Shown piece after piece: positions 37,171-51,250 of a stretch of 64,000 nt of DNA. The notes beneath the pieces are model-generated. The model worked only from the letters and a program-made list of their open reading frames with translations. It searched no databases and was not told the origin of the DNA. Made by a program: the position numbers and the translations under genes. This stretch comes from Isurus oxyrinchus (taxonomy: Eukaryota): NCBI GenBank assembly GCA_026770705.1, contig JANJGN010000026.1, positions 33,232,001 to 33,296,000 on the forward strand, read 5' to 3'. Numbering within the stretch: the first letter of the stretch is position 1; every line of letters begins with the position of its first letter.

Positions 37171-39282
37171 TGATAATAACGAGAGAGGATCTCATATATA
37201 ATTCTTAAAGGTTTGCACGGATTTCGGCTTCACAGTGGAATCTAGTACCAAGGCTCACAGTCTCAGCATACGCGGTCGACAATTTGGTACTGATGGTTCT
37301 GTACCCATTGAGCTGTGGGGCTTCTGGTGACAAAAAGAATTAAGGAATATGGGGATATTCCTGTAACATGGAATTGAGATAGAATATGAACCATGAATTC
37401 ACTGCTTGGTGGTGAAGACTCGAACGGTCGATTGCCTAATATATTCCTAGCTCGTATATTTTTATGTAGAACCGTCTCCTTATTTTTACATAAATAGAGA
37501 AACGTGGTCTAGTGCATTCATTCGTGTTCCAGTGTCTCGTGTAATATAAACAAAAATATGATTTGGTACAGTGCAACTGAGATAAGTTCGAGTGGACTAA
37601 AGACAATGACATGTTCTTGCACAGTAATAACAGAGATAGATCCTTGTGCACTATGAGCAGAATCTCCGTTCGGCTGCCACTACGTGTCTACAGATTTCCA
37701 AAGCGCCACTACAGCACTGCCTCTTTATTTCTATTGCACATTTTTATTTTCAGCACTGTTTGAAAGTTTGACATTGTAGTTAATGTAAAAATGTTGGGTG
37801 CAAGTTACTGATTCTCGTACTAGCAGGTCAACAGACACTGATGACAACCTCATCACGTTCAGCAGGAGCTAAAATGGGTTTTATGTGCACTAATTGAAGA
37901 TGAGCTTGTTTGATTTACGCACAGAAACATCAACGGCAGAGGAAAGTCGCTTGGACCCCAGCAATCTTTCTTTGGTTATTTAAGGTCAAGAGAGGGATAT
38001 TGACCAATATATAGTGTAGGACCATGAGAACTTTAATTCATCCCAGAACAGCCAAGGTTCATGATCTCCCCAAAAAGATAGCATCTTTTCAATAGCCCGA
38101 TTAGAATTCTGATATTTATGCTCAGGTTCTGAAGTTGAGGTGGAATCCACAATGTAATGACACTCAAATCAGAACAATCAGAAAGGAATAAATGGCAATC
38201 TAGTTGTGCGAGGCTTCTTGAGGATGAGTGACCAGAATATGATAGAATTCTTCATCAAGATGGAGAGTGACATAGTTGATTCTGAGACTAGGGCCCTGAA
38301 TCTTAATAAAGGAAACTACGATGGTTTGAGGCGCGAGTTGGCTATGATGGATTGGGAAATGATACTTAAAGAGATGACGGTGGATAGGCAATGGCAAACG
38401 TTCGAAGAGCTCATGGGTGAACTGAAACAATGTCACTTTAGCTGAAAGGCTTGAGGTAATATCTTATATTTACAAATATACCATTGCATTCGCTAATGTA
38501 GTTCCTGTTAAGTTTCCCTATGCTAATATCACATAAAGCAGCCTGAAGAATACAATTACTAAACTTAATTCATCCAATTCCGATTTATGGGCTCATCAAG
38601 CCTAAAGGAAAGACGGGGCACACTCACCCCATCTAAACTGTGCCCGCTCTCTGGAAAAAAGTGCCTATAATTAGTTGTACTCTCTTTCTCTTTTTCCAAA
38701 CTCCTGAACGTCTTCCACTTCCAAGCATCCGTACAATTTCCTTTTGAAGGTTACAACTGAATATGGTCCCATCTCCCTAAAGAAATAAAGCCCAGCTCAC
38801 AGCAATTCGCTGCAAAAAAAAAATCTACCTTTTCCTCTTTATTCCCCTACGAATTGTCTGAACGTTGGCTACCGATCCTTCTGCCAGTAGCATCTCACTA
38901 ACAATTCTGTAAAACAAACCTTCAGAAATTTAGAAACCACTATTATAATCCCCCTGTAAGATTCTTGTCCTTTTTCTCTAATTTCTTCAGATACCCGAGG
39001 TGTCTCATCTCTGGTTCAATTTGAATAAATATCTTCTGGGCCTGCTCCAAAACTATTGCATACTCCTGAAAGTGTGGTTTCAAATAAATTCAATACCTTT
39101 TTTACCCTTCAGATAAATTCTAGCGATATATGCTCGCTTACAACTAGTCTAAGCAATAATTTGCGTAATTCCAATCTCTAAGACTATTACTTTCGCCGAC
39201 AGCGCACAGAATCATTTGTATGCTCAACAAAATTGGTTTGTTTAGAATCACCTGTATGCTCAACAAAATTGGTTTGTCTAGT

Positions 39283-39415
39283 TCTGTCGAAGGGTCATGA
39301 GGACGCGAAACGTCAACCCTTTTCTTCTCCGCCGATGCTGCCAGACCTGCTGAGTTTTTCCAGGTAATTCTGTTTTTGTTTTGGATTTCCAGCATCCGCA
39401 GTTTTTTTGTTTTTA
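39283..39415. repeat. Dispersed repeat, possibly a Penelope-type terminus (also at about 8935-9030 and 48650-48820)
   Basis: GAAGGGTCA...CGAAACGT.AAC...GATGCTGCCAGACCTGCTGAGTTTTTCCAGG is shared among the copies. Confidence 0.5.
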
Positions 39416-40359
39416 TGTTATTGGTTTGTTTTCAATGTCAGTTAGATCACTGCTGCCACCTGCTGACCAACACCTTCTACTACAGGCCCTGGAGTTTATC
39501 TAAAATGATTCAGAATTCTACTCGTAACATGTCCATTTGCTAATGAATTTCACTCAGTGAAGTTTTTCAGCGCAAACCACGAGAGACAAGAAATGAAAAG
39601 GATTTAAGACGGAAGTGCCAATATTACTGTTATGAATTTCGAGTTTTCCGTGAGAAGGTGTGCAGTTACTGAGGAAGAGACTGGCAGTGAAGAAAGGAAC
39701 AAAACCATTTCTGCCGGTGGAGTGGGATGAACAGCTGCAGCTCAGTTTCTTCTGGCGGAGGCTCACTTGCGCCCATTTTATAGCGCATTCCAAATGTCTG
39801 CAACGAGAACAGGGCGTATCGAAATTTTAGAGATATTTTCAGTGCACAGTTGCAACGCGGAGATGTTTGCGCTAAGAGATCGATACTCCCCGTTTACTTA
39901 TACTTTCATTACGCTAGACAGACGTTCATGTGATAGAATCAGAGGCATGGCGTAATGAAATATAAACAGGGCCAGGGCCCAATATAATAAAAGTCCAGAG
40001 ACAGCGTCTGATGTAATATAAACAAAGATATGCATTTATGCAGCAACATCTGACACATGGCCAAATGTAATATAAATTATTATATTATAACATAATGCAT
40101 CGTATTATGAAATACTATAATATAATAACATTACATAATCAAATGTAGCTACGTAGGACAATCCGTTGTGACTCTATTCTATGCATGAGTAAGGCATTCA
40201 AAGTTTGTGGGCTTGAATCCCACCAGGGTCAAATTTTGAAGGGACGAATAGAGACAAACTCAGCTCTGATTCTGCAGCAGTGATAACTGCGACGGGGTTC
40301 TTGTGTAATGTCACGTGAAATAGATGCAATGCTGGAACAAACTAGACAGGTTCTTCTGT

Positions 40360-40890
40360 TGAGGCTACAGCTGGAGTACTGTGTGCAGTTCTGGTCGCCA
40401 CATTATAAGAAGGATGTGATTGCACTGGAGGGGGTGCAGAGGAGATTCACCAGAATGTTGCCTGGGATGAAACATTTAAGTTATGAAGAGAGGTTGGATA
40501 GATTTGGGTTGTTTTCGTTGGAGCAGAGAAGATTGATGAGCGATCTCATCGAGGTGTACAAGATTATGAGGGTTAGCACCCCTTACTTGAAAGGTCAGTC
40601 ATAAGGGGGCATAAGTTCACGGTGAGGGGCAGGAGTTTAAGGGGGATGTGAGGAAAGCTTTTTTTGCCCAGAGGGTGGTGACGGTCTGGAATGCACTGCC
40701 TGGGAGGGGGGTGGAAGCGGGTTGCCTCACATCCTGAAAAAGTACCTGGATGAGCACTGGGCACGTCATAACATTTAAGGCTATGGGCCAACTGCTGGTA
40801 AAATGGAGCAGTTAGATAAGTCAGGTGTTTCTCACGTGTCGGTGCAGACTCGATGGGCCAAAGGGCCTCTTCTGCACTGTGATTCTGTGA
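40360..40890 (+). mobile_element. CR1 LINE 3' fragment
   Basis: [32 protein letters not shown]...DLIEVYKIM, followed by a 3' UTR. Confidence 0.85.
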
Positions 40891-42503
40891 ATATAAACAG
40901 ATGTTTCATCAGTCCAGCAATAACAGAAACAGTGTCTCATATTGTATAAATGGAGAAAGAGCTTCGTGTTACATACACAGTGATAGAGAGCATATATATG
41001 GTTCTGAGCTAAGAAGTCCATTTGCTTGAGGAATCGAATGACCTCAACTATCAATAATCTATGAAAATTCAGTCACCTGAGCTTACATTGATTAGACGCA
41101 CAGCCACCTCCATTTGACCTTGCATGGCATGACCTATAGTCAATTCTCCACCAACAACATCCTGAACACCTGTGGCTACAGCAGCCCAACAGAGTTTGAA
41201 CATTATGCGGATTCCCAATCATAGCTGTTGCATGTGAAGCCCATAGGATACACTGCAGCAGAGCACAAAGCCTCTATTTTATTAATTTATGGGATGTGGG
41301 CTTCGCTGGCAGGGGCAGCATTTATTGCCCACCACAAGTTGCCCTTTGGAACGTGGTGGTGAGCTTCCTTCTTTAACCACTGCAGTCTATGAGGTGTAGG
41401 TACACCCGCAGTGCTGTTAGGGAGTGCCAGGCTTTTGGCCCAGCGATAGTGGAGGAACAGCGATATATTTCCAAGTCAGGATGGTGAGTGACTTGGAGGA
41501 GAACTTCCAAGTAGAGATGTTCCTATCTCTCTGCTTCCCTTGTCCTTATAGGCTTTCGTGGTCGTGGGTTTGGAAGGTGCTGTCGATGGAGCCTTGGTGA
41601 GTTCCTGCAGTGCACCTTTAGATGGTACACACTGCTGCTTCTGTGCATCGGTAGTAAGTACCACCCAAACCCATGATGTCAATCACTTAGAAGGGCAACT
41701 GAACATGGTAGAACATCACATCCACTTTCCCCTCCAAGTCAAACATCATTCCAACTTATTTATATCGCCAGTCTTTCATCGACCCTGGGTCTTAATTTTG
41801 TAAATCCTAGCTAACAGCATTGTGCAGACAACTTGCGCAGAGGGGCTGATGTGGTTCATGAAGGTTGCTCACCTGTGGGAAGTAGAAAACTGCATTAAAT
41901 ACCAGCCTTGATACTGATGTTCACATCATGAGTATAGAGGCGAAATAATACGAGGAACAGCGGATACAGAATCACAAATACCTGGCGTTATCTTTCTTGC
42001 TTTTGTTAGTTCTTTCTTTCATTTTTACTGTATATTTGAATTCTTTCCTTTTTCTTCTTTCTCTATTTCAGATTTTCTCTCCTCTCCTCCCTCTTCCACT
42101 TTGATTCATTAATTCTCTTTCTGCTTTTGGAATATGATGAGTTACCTTGCATCACAAGAGTATTACTTTTTTGAGCATGACGATAAGGCAGTGATGGAAC
42201 GGCGAATTTTTAAACACAAACCCCGCCCAGCACGGTGTTCTACGCAACCCGGGTCTCTCCTCCTCCTCTATGAATGACATTGTGAGCGATGCCGTCAAAT
42301 GCGGCAGGAGGACAAGACAGTTCTCCTGTTCAAACCCAGATAATTGATTCGTTACGATTTGATAACAGCAGAATTGCACGAGACGCTTCCTCCTCTCTAG
42401 CTCTACATATATGCAAACAGGTTTTTCCACGGTACTCTAACAGATTACAACAACAAATAGAACTGCTCTTCCAAGGGGCTGTTGTTGCATCATAATAGAT
42501 CCC

Positions 42504-42992
42504 ATGTCGTACCGCTGTCCCGTTATATTCTGATTGGTGTTCGGCAAGTACGGCCAGGCCTGGTATCTGTTTACACTTTTGTGGTGCCATGAGGCGTTCT
42601 AACACAGTTAGAGTTATAGTTGCCCCTCAGTTCTGTTTTATTTCAAGGGAGATCCGGGCAGATTCGGTATAACAAGCTCAGATAACACTCTACGTGGCTG
42701 AATGAGATGGTGTGATAAAAGATTGTAGGTAATAGACACAACAAACCTCCGTGACCCCGATCTGTAGTGGCACTGACAGCGCACAAAGGCTCCCCGTTTT
42801 ATTTTTCATCGGGATAACAACAGGAAAATTGACATGGATTTTGCCAAGAGAAGATTCGAGGCCAAGCAGACTAATGCAGAAAAAAAAGTTTCCTTTATCG
42901 ATCACTGGAGAGGAAATCTAGGACACCGCCGCATCTTTCTGTGTGCTGAGGATCACAATTATTTCAAACTCATCTGTCGCTGCAAAAACTTC
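42504..42992 (+). pseudogene. TCR V pseudogene, inverted paralog of the V at 31061-31532
   Basis: Decayed leader at 42504-42543. V reads IRADSV*QAQITLYVAE*DGVIKDC...APRFIFHRD...DFAKRRFEAKQTN..FPLSITGEEI*DTAASFCVLR. The RSS remnant CACAATT-ATTTCAAACTCATCTGTCGCTGC-AAAAACT has nearly the same spacer as the 31-kb V. Confidence 0.82.
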
Positions 42993-43939
42993 AGCGATAT
43001 AGAACTGCCATACGCTTTCTCTCCAGGTCAAACGAACATGACCTACTCTGTTAGTGCCATCCGCTGCTCAGTCGGTCTGACTCCTGCATCTGAATTATAA
43101 GTTTATAAATTCAATTCTCACTCCAGAGAGTTCAGTCCACAATCCAGGCTGATTCTTGGGTGCCAGAGGAGACGTTGAACCGAGGGTCCGGCGACTCTCT
43201 TAGATAAAATGATTCCAGGCCTCCATTTGGTAGAATGATAGAGGATTTCTCTCAAGTTTCCTGGACCTATTCTAATGTCTAAACCGACATCACTAAAAGA
43301 GCTTACCACGTTGCCTTTTTGTGGGAGCTTGTTGTGTATATATTAGTTACCGCATTTCCTACATTTCAACAGCGGCTGCCCTGCGAATTGCTGCATTAAC
43401 GTTTTAAGGTGTGTAGGGAAGGCTGGATTTGCTCACTGCCATTGTTCGTATGTGTAACATATTAAATATTGCAATTCCTGGAACTGTCTCAACTTCTAGA
43501 ATCACTTCGATGATGTTAGTTACTTGACTGGGTCTCACACCTGCACAATGGTGCGCTGTGCCTTCAAAGGAGCTGAGCGATTTGCAACAATCTGCAAAAA
43601 ATATTTGAGCAGAGACCCGAAACAACTCTTTATATCTGAGCGATCAATGTCAGGGTGAACACACAGCAGCTTACCGCTGATTTCAACGAGCTTCATTAAC
43701 TTTCATCTGGCTTTCTCCTCCATGTTTTGTTTACACACATCCTCCAAATCAAGATTTTGGATAACTCAGTGTTATTTGGGAAAGTCAGATGGGAAACTCA
43801 GGATGGCAGCTATTTTCAGTAACATGTTAAAAATATAATCCACTATATTAGTCGAAATTCTATTCTCTTGCTCTTTGTGATCTGAAGCAACGGTTTACTT
43901 CCAATGGCTTGTTAAAGTCAAAGGTTAACTTCAGTTACC

Positions 43940-45020
43940 TGGATGGCTGGCGGACAGCAGAGAGCGTGGATAAATGGCTCTTCTTCGGTTTAGCAGGATG
44001 TAATGAGAGGAGTCTGTATGGGGCCTCATTTTTTTTAACGATTTACATCAAGGATTTGGATGAGGTGAGTGAAGTCAAGCTAGCTAATTTTGCAGATGAC
44101 ACAGAGATAGGTAGGAAAGTATGCTGCGAAGAGGGCATGAGGAGGTTGCAGGTGGATATGGATAGGTTGAGTGAGTGGGCAAAGACCTGATAAATTGAGT
44201 GTAATGTGGGAAAATATGAAGGTGTTCACTTTGGCAGGGAGAAGAAAAAAGCAAAGTATTACTTAAATGGATAATGACTGCATAATTCTGAGGTGCAGAT
44301 GGATCCATGTGTTCTAGCTCATGAGTCACAAAAAGTGATTTTGCGGACACTGGAAATAAGTAAGAAGGCTAATGGAATGCTATGCTTTATTACGAGAGGG
44401 ATTGAATATAAAAGTACGAATGATATGCTTCAGTTATACAGGACATTATTGAGACGGCACCTCGAATACTGTGTGCTGTTCTGTTCTACTTTTTTAGGGA
44501 AGGTTGTAAATGCATTACAGGTGGTTGAAAGGAGATTTACTAGATTGATGTCTGGAATGAGTGGGTTGTCTTATGAGGAAAGGTTGGACAGACTGGGTTT
44601 GTTTCCACTGGAGTTTACAAGAGTGAGGGGTGATTTCGTTGACGTATACAAAATCCTGAACGGCCGTGACAAGGTGGATGTCAAAAGAATGTTTCCTCTT
44701 GTGGGTGAGCCCAGAACTAGGGGGCACTGTTTTAAAATAAGTGTTCACCCTTTGAGAACAGAGATGAGGAGAATTTTCTTCTCTCAGAGGGTTGTGCGTC
44801 CTTGGAACTCTGCCTCAGAAGGCAGTGGAGGCGGGGTCATTGAATAGTTTTAAGCAGAGGTAGACAGATTCTTGTTAGGCAAGGGAATCACAGTTATTTG
44901 GGTTAGATAGGAATGTGGAAATCAAAACACAAGAAGATCAGCCACGATCTTATTGAATGGCGGAGCAGGCTCGAGGGGCCGAATGGTCCACTCCTGTTCC
45001 CAGTACTATGTTCTTATGTA
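43940..45020 (+). mobile_element. CR1 LINE 3' fragment
   Basis: FADDTEIG, QLYRTLLRRHLEYCVLF and RGDFVDVYKILNG; same family as 6265-7460. Confidence 0.88.
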
Positions 45021-45532
45021 ATCAGTTCTTATACCTTTGAAAGCCTTTTTTGTGCTCGCTGTGTGAGGGTCGGAGAAGATGTGTTGTTAAGCGCCAACAA
45101 TGATTTCAACCAGTTCACTTGGATATCTCTTAACATATTTCGGGAACATTAAAGCATCAAAAAAAGTTTTTAAAAAATACACGGACTAATCTGACACCAA
45201 AAAGCACGAAATAATGGGGCACGTGACAATGATCGGAAGAGACGGTCTTTGCTTCGGGATCGGGTAACAAGCTCAGTGTCTGCCATCGTCGGCTGCTCTT
45301 GAGGAAGACCCAAAGACACGGTTGTGGGGAAGGGGAACCACATAATTTTCAGCAAACAGTTAGCCCAGAGGAACAAATGGAAGTGAGAAACAGTGAGTCA
45401 ATCTGTTTGTTCACTGACCTGTAACTAAGGTGCAGATTGTAATTTCATTGTCCCTCTGGAGACTGTCATTTAGAATAAATGAGGGATGCTTTGATACACA
45501 GCTTCGGTAATTCCTTGAGTTTCTGAGAGATG

Positions 45533-47973
45533 ATGCACGGGCCAGCGAAAGGCCTCTTCTTCGCTATTTGCTATCCCATTCTCGCTGTTATTGGTGCGCC
45601 TGGTAAGTGATGAATCCCGAATAAATGTTTGTGTTGATGTAAATCTCCAGATGTTTAGTCTCTTCTCTTCAGAGTCTGCATTTAAGGGAGTTCAATCGAA
45701 TTATATCGGTGCTCTGTATGATATTATACTGTGTTATGTTGGATTATAGCTCTACTTGTGCTTGCATTATGGTGCATTGCAAAATATTATTCAATTTATT
45801 ATGCTGCATATTTAGAGAAATGCTTTTTATTAGAATGCTGAGATATGAATTGTAATGTTTGCCTTTGCATAGACATTAACCTGTTATATTGTTGAACATC
45901 GTGTTTTATTCTAATCCAGTCAAATGCAATGTAGCATTTTGAGTATTGAGCGAGATCATTGCATATCATCATGCATTTTCGTGCACTGGTCCTATCAATA
46001 TATCAGAAAATTAATTGTTACAGTGCAATTATTCAATTAAATGAATTGTAATATAAAATACTTCCAGTGATAATACACATATACAATGCAACCTCTAGAA
46101 GTATGTAAAATTTACAGTATGATTTCCCACTGGGCAGTCCTAATTGTTAATCTGGCTTTGGGATTTAATTATGGAATCGTTTGAAAAAGGGGAGTGAGGT
46201 CTCAAGATTTTTAATGTGCTTTGCTTTGTGCTGGTTAGTCTTATAAATTTCGGATAGTTATATTTTTAATCATCAGCGGGATGTGGGTGTCCGTGACAAG
46301 ATCAACATTTATTGCTCTTCACTAGTTTCCACTTCAGAAAGTGGGGTTGCATTTGTTTCTTCAGCCGATCCTGTATGTATGGCACGGATGCTTCACAGGA
46401 ACTTCACCTGATTAATTTCATACTGAACGGCGCAAGGGGATATTTGACCAAAGGGTACTCACAGATTTTACTTCTAAGGAACGTTCTAAAGAGGAAAGAA
46501 GAGCTGGAGCCGTAGAGGGAGGGGTTTTCAGAGATCAGAGCATCGGCAGCTAAACGCTGAACCTCTACAAATGAAAAGATTAATGCCAGGGGCACGAAAC
46601 TGCAGAATTGGAAGCATATGATGGATCTCAGACAGTTGCAGTGTGTTACAGGAATTGAAGAAGGCGAGATAACAGAAGAAATTAAAAATAGACGGACGAG
46701 GTTATTAAAACAGAAACGTTGCCATTCAGGGGGGCATTGGGCTGATGGATGGGCGGAACTTTTGCCGTTTTATGCCAATAAGGGCAGCGGTAGCAAATGT
46801 TTCAGATAATCTTAAATTGGATAGTTAGGCCTGAAGATTGCCTCAGTGTACAGAGAGTGAAGTTTGGAGTGAGAATGAGAGGATTGCCTCATGTTTTGAC
46901 TAATAGTTAATCCAGCATTGGATGCCAGACAATTACCAAAGACTTGACAATAGTCGCAGCCTGGAGGTGGCAAAATGACGGGTAAGGAGGGTTTAAGTAA
47001 CAGATTCGATGAGGCTGTATCTCATGTTTGGAATCCGCTTGGTAACATCTCTAACCCTTTATCCCTCACAGCCAACTTGCTAGCGATCGTAATTCTATCT
47101 CGAGGGTGCTGCAGGCTCTCCCGCTGCACCACCTGCTACCTGGTGGCAATCGCGGTGAGCGATTTCCTGGTCGTCATCACCGCCGGCATCCTCAACCGGA
47201 TCGGCCGCATCTACTTTCAGGACAGTGTCCTCTCCACCACTCCCGCATGCGCACTCAGCAATGTGCTGGTCTTTACCATCCGAGATGTGTCAGTCTGGCT
47301 GACGGTCGCCTTCACCATTGACCGTTTTGTGGCCATCTGCTGTCAGAGCCTGAAGAGCAGATATTGCACTGAGAAAACTGCGTTGCTGGTTATAGGACTG
47401 GTCAGCGCCCTGAGCTGCGTGAGGAATGCCCCTTTCTATTTCAGCTACCAGCCTTTGTTCATCCTGGACGGAGTGTCCTGTTTCTGTGCCATTAAGCCTG
47501 CCATTTATATTCTTACCGCCTGGCACGCCTTCGATTGGCTGGACCACATCTTAACCCCCTTTCTCCCATTCCTCCTCATTCTGCTTCTCAATGCCCTGAC
47601 CGTAAGGCACATTCTAATGGCCAGCAGAGTCCGCAGGAGGCTCCGGGGCACCGAGAGTCACGGAGACCAGGAAATCATCAATCGCAAGCGGTCCATTGTC
47701 CTGCTTTTTGCCATCTCGCTCAGCTTCCTCCTCCTGTGGGCCATCTTTGTTGGACATTTCCTCTATGTACGGATTACAGGCGAGGGTTATCTCACCAGCC
47801 TGAATTTCAATAATCCAGATTACATCCTTCAGGAGACCACCAACATGCTCCAGTTGTTCAGTTCCTGCAACAATGTCTTCATCTATGCCGTGACCCAGAA
47901 CAAGTTCCGAGAACAGCTGAAGAAAGTCATGATGTGTCCCTTCACCACGGTCACTGTTTGCTTTAAATGGTAA
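45533..47973 (+). CDS. Intact two-exon rhodopsin-class GPCR, GPR139/GPR142-like, about 323 aa (exon 1 45533-45602, exon 2 47072-47973)
   Basis: Exon 1 MHGPAKGLFFAICYPILAVIGAP with G|GTAAGT splices in frame via CACAG|CC to ANLLAIVILSRG...YLVAIAVSD...SVWLTVAFTIDRFVAICC...PFLLILLLNALTVRHI...NNVFIYAVTQNKFR. Seven hydrophobic segments and a DRF motif. Confidence 0.88.
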
Positions 47974-49298
47974 AAACAGGTTAAAACACCTTTGCGTTAA
48001 TTCACTTCCATCAGAGTAATTCAGTGTGTCACTATGTCCAGCATAAAAAAGTCCTAGGCTCTGTCTCTCGGACTTGAGAGATGTAAGGCCCGTATTCCAA
48101 TGGCGACAGTCCCCCTGTCTGAAGGGATTTTGAAATATCACAGTTGCTGCCTGCCTAGATGAGATACAAAGGCTGATTCTTCCTTTCTCTTTCTTTCTTT
48201 CCTTCTTTCTTCCTTTCTCAGTCATTCCGCTAATTCTCTAACCCCTCGAAGTTTACACCGAATACAGAAAGGAAAGCATTTGAACAAATGGGAAATTCTT
48301 CCTTTCTCAGTGAATCGTGATCTGAAATTTGTTGCCTGAAAGGGAGCTGGGCGCACAGTGGATTAAAATTTTCAAATGTTCATTAATAAATACTGGAACA
48401 GGACGACATTTAGAAAAGAGCAAGGAACTTGATGGATCTATCAGAAACCCGGAATACACATCGTGGCCTACTGACCTCCTCCAAAACTCTATTGTTACAC
48501 AACACTGCAGTGGTATTTCACACTGGATGAAGACCCTTATAAGAAATGCTGCAGCTAATTGCTCAGCGTCAGATCCCCAATCTCATTCGGAACATTGAAG
48601 GCCACCTATCTGCTCATCGGTTGGTGAGAGAGTTTGGGTGGGAGCAAAATAAAGCAAATGCTGGAAATCAGAAATAAAAACAGAAAAGGTTGGAAAACTC
48701 AACAGGCCTGACAGTGTCTGTGGAAGAGTCATGAGGACATGAAACGTTAACTTTGTTCCTCTTTCCACAGATGCTGCCAGGCATATTGAGTTTTTCCTGT
48801 ATTTTCCATTTTTATTTCAGAGTGTAGATGGATGCGGGAGGTTCAAAACACAGCAAAACAATGACATACCCTCTTATAATATTAACAGCGACAGTGGATG
48901 ATCTAATGAAATGAAAACAAAACAGGTGTCTGCTGTCACATGAACAGAGTCGAAATATGTCATGATGTAATCACAAGATATGAACTAATGTCCTGAAGAG
49001 AACCGGTTTAATTTAATAGAGACATGTTCTCATAAATTCATACCAGAGAAAGGAACTAATCTAATGTAAACGTGTATCTGTTTTACTTCATCAATAACTG
49101 AGCCAGAAATTCACGTTATATAAAAAGAGAAACTCTGAAGTGTAATCAAAGTTTAAACAGGATCGCCTGTTAGTTAAGCAATGGCATGTCCTTGCACAAT
49201 GTTAAATGAGACCTGGTGTGTGTAAGATAACCAGTGACTTGCATTTGCAAACGGGATGATGTGTTTTGTACACACATGCGCTTTAGATAGTGTATATG

Positions 49299-49865
49299 TG
49301 TTGTGGTCACTTTGACAAATGGACCACAGGAGTCTCAGGCGCAGGTCACGATCGTTTATTCGAGCAATTGCAAGGAGAGAACCATCTCGATACAGCTTGA
49401 GATAGCACTCTGCTAAATTACAAGTGTTCAACATATTAATACATTATTGGTCACATACAAGAACAGTTTCCAGATTCCGATCTCGTCAACATGTAGGTTT
49501 ACATTAAACATAAATCTCTGGTAACAGGTACATACATTGCATGTCCCTATTTTCACCCAGGCAGAGACTTTCCCTCCCATCTAAACTGGGATCATCTGTC
49601 CTTCCCCTATCTGTTCAAGAGCACACATAAACTTCGTTGTTTTCCAACCTAAGTCTCCAGTCTAACTTCCAGGACCTTGCTAGTGATTGCAAACCCTGAG
49701 GGTGGACAAAGTTTGAGAGTGTGTCAGGTTCATCCGGTTTAACTGTTTAATTGTTGATTTACTGGTTTGTGCTGGCCTGCCTATAGATTCTAATTTAAAT
49801 AATTCATTCCCTTATAATGAATTCTCCCTTACCATAAATTCTCATTTACTTTCTTCCCCCTAACA
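49299..49865 (-). mobile_element. Candidate LTR of an endogenous retrovirus-like element
   Basis: On the minus strand it begins TGTTAG and ends CAACA, with AATAAA about 60 bp from the end. It lies just downstream of the env-like ORFs. Confidence 0.4.
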
Positions 49866-50031
49866 GGCCCTTTTGGCCCATGGACTAGCCCAAGGCAGCC
49901 AACAATAGTGATACTGTCCGTCCCTTTACACACCGTTGCCCATTGATGCTGGCCAGTCGTCCAGCTTTGGATTGTAATGGCTACTGCCAGGTCACCTGTG
50001 TCATCTGGCCCTCCAATTCAAGCCTCTGGCT

Positions 50032-51250
50032 TCAAAAACTCCCCCAGCACCACCTCTTTTGCCACTTTTGGGTACAATGAATCAAGTATCTTAAATATGT
50101 AACTAGTATCAGCTGAATCACAACCAGTGCATAGGAGGTCGTCCGAATCCACGGCTGTATTTGTACATTTGAGCCCCAATTCCTCCACCACCATGTGGAG
50201 GAAGCTATTTGCTCGATATCCTCTTTTAATGCTCCACCCTGTTGCTGTAGTTTATAATATGTTTTGTATATCTGCTGAGCCTGTCTCCGAATTTTGGTTA
50301 GGTGCTCGGGTAAAGTGGGAGTTTCATGGGACAACTGGTTGAAATACTGTGCCACGTTATCCTTACGGCTTTCCTTGACCTGAATAGTAGTCGTTCTTCT
50401 CTTGTACATTTCAACCAGTTCCACTTACCCTACCCTTGCTGGCGCCTGTGAGTGTTGGCACACTGAATGATTATGTATGGTCACATCGGTTGTTCCCGTA
50501 TTGGATCTTCTGCTGCCACGTGGTAATACAATCTCTCCCATTCCCCATGTATGCAACATGGGTCGGTTCTTTTGCAGCCCATATTGTTTCCATTGTACAA
50601 TGTTGTTGCTGCTTTAAATCAGCACTTAGCTTCACCTGTCTCTTTTATTGGGTGTGCATACCACTGCGTTGGCCTCTATCCTGCACTCTTCTAACGTGGT
50701 CCTAACTATATTCCTTTCTATGTCTACTGCATATGGTGGAATGTCATGATACCTAATGAAGTAATTCTCCCATATAACGCCAATAATTTCTACTCTATGT
50801 CCTGCCGAGTGTTGAAATAGGAATGACAGGTATTACTAATACAATACCTATTAGCATATTACTATTCACTATACATTCAACATTCATTCTATATACGCAT
50901 TTTAAGCCTCTGAGCAGGCAATGGTCAAGTCAAGTCCCTTGCATCGTGAAAGGTTAAATAAATGCTCATTAGTTACCCATAAAGGATCTACCCCTTCATT
51001 AATCTGTCTTAAATTCTCTCGCGCTTGTTCCAGTGCCCAGGATCTATAAGTGCTGCAAACATCACTTTTGCCTGCTTCGTCCGATATATTTTTCCCCATT
51101 TCAGTTAGTTTGTTGAAAGTCCCCGCATGACTTTCGAGCATGGTAGCCAGACTTCGGATTAATCGTGTCATGCCCTGGCCTGTATTTAATTGGGTGTTAT
51201 GAATTATGATAGCCGTCAGGTGTTCAATGCAATTAATGATCTAAAGTAAA
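50032..51250 (-). mobile_element. Fragmented retroviral env-like (transmembrane subunit) coding remnant
   Basis: Heptad-rich ORFs (IRSLATMLESH...ARENLRQINEG..PLWV; LTKIRRQAQQIYKTYYKLQQQ), a Trp-rich membrane-proximal stretch (STWWWRNW), a hydrophobic anchor (YALVVIQLILVTYL) and a short basic tail. Confidence 0.5.

Noticed and set aside
39660-39790. Possible orphan V leader exon and TATA box on the minus strand
   Set aside because: The hydrophobic stretch and donor are weak, and no V exon follows.
46975-47071. N-terminal extension MTGKEGLSNRF... of the 332-aa GPCR ORF
   Set aside because: Intronic read-through. A proper exon 1 encoding the start of TM1 lies at 45533-45602 with matching splice phase.
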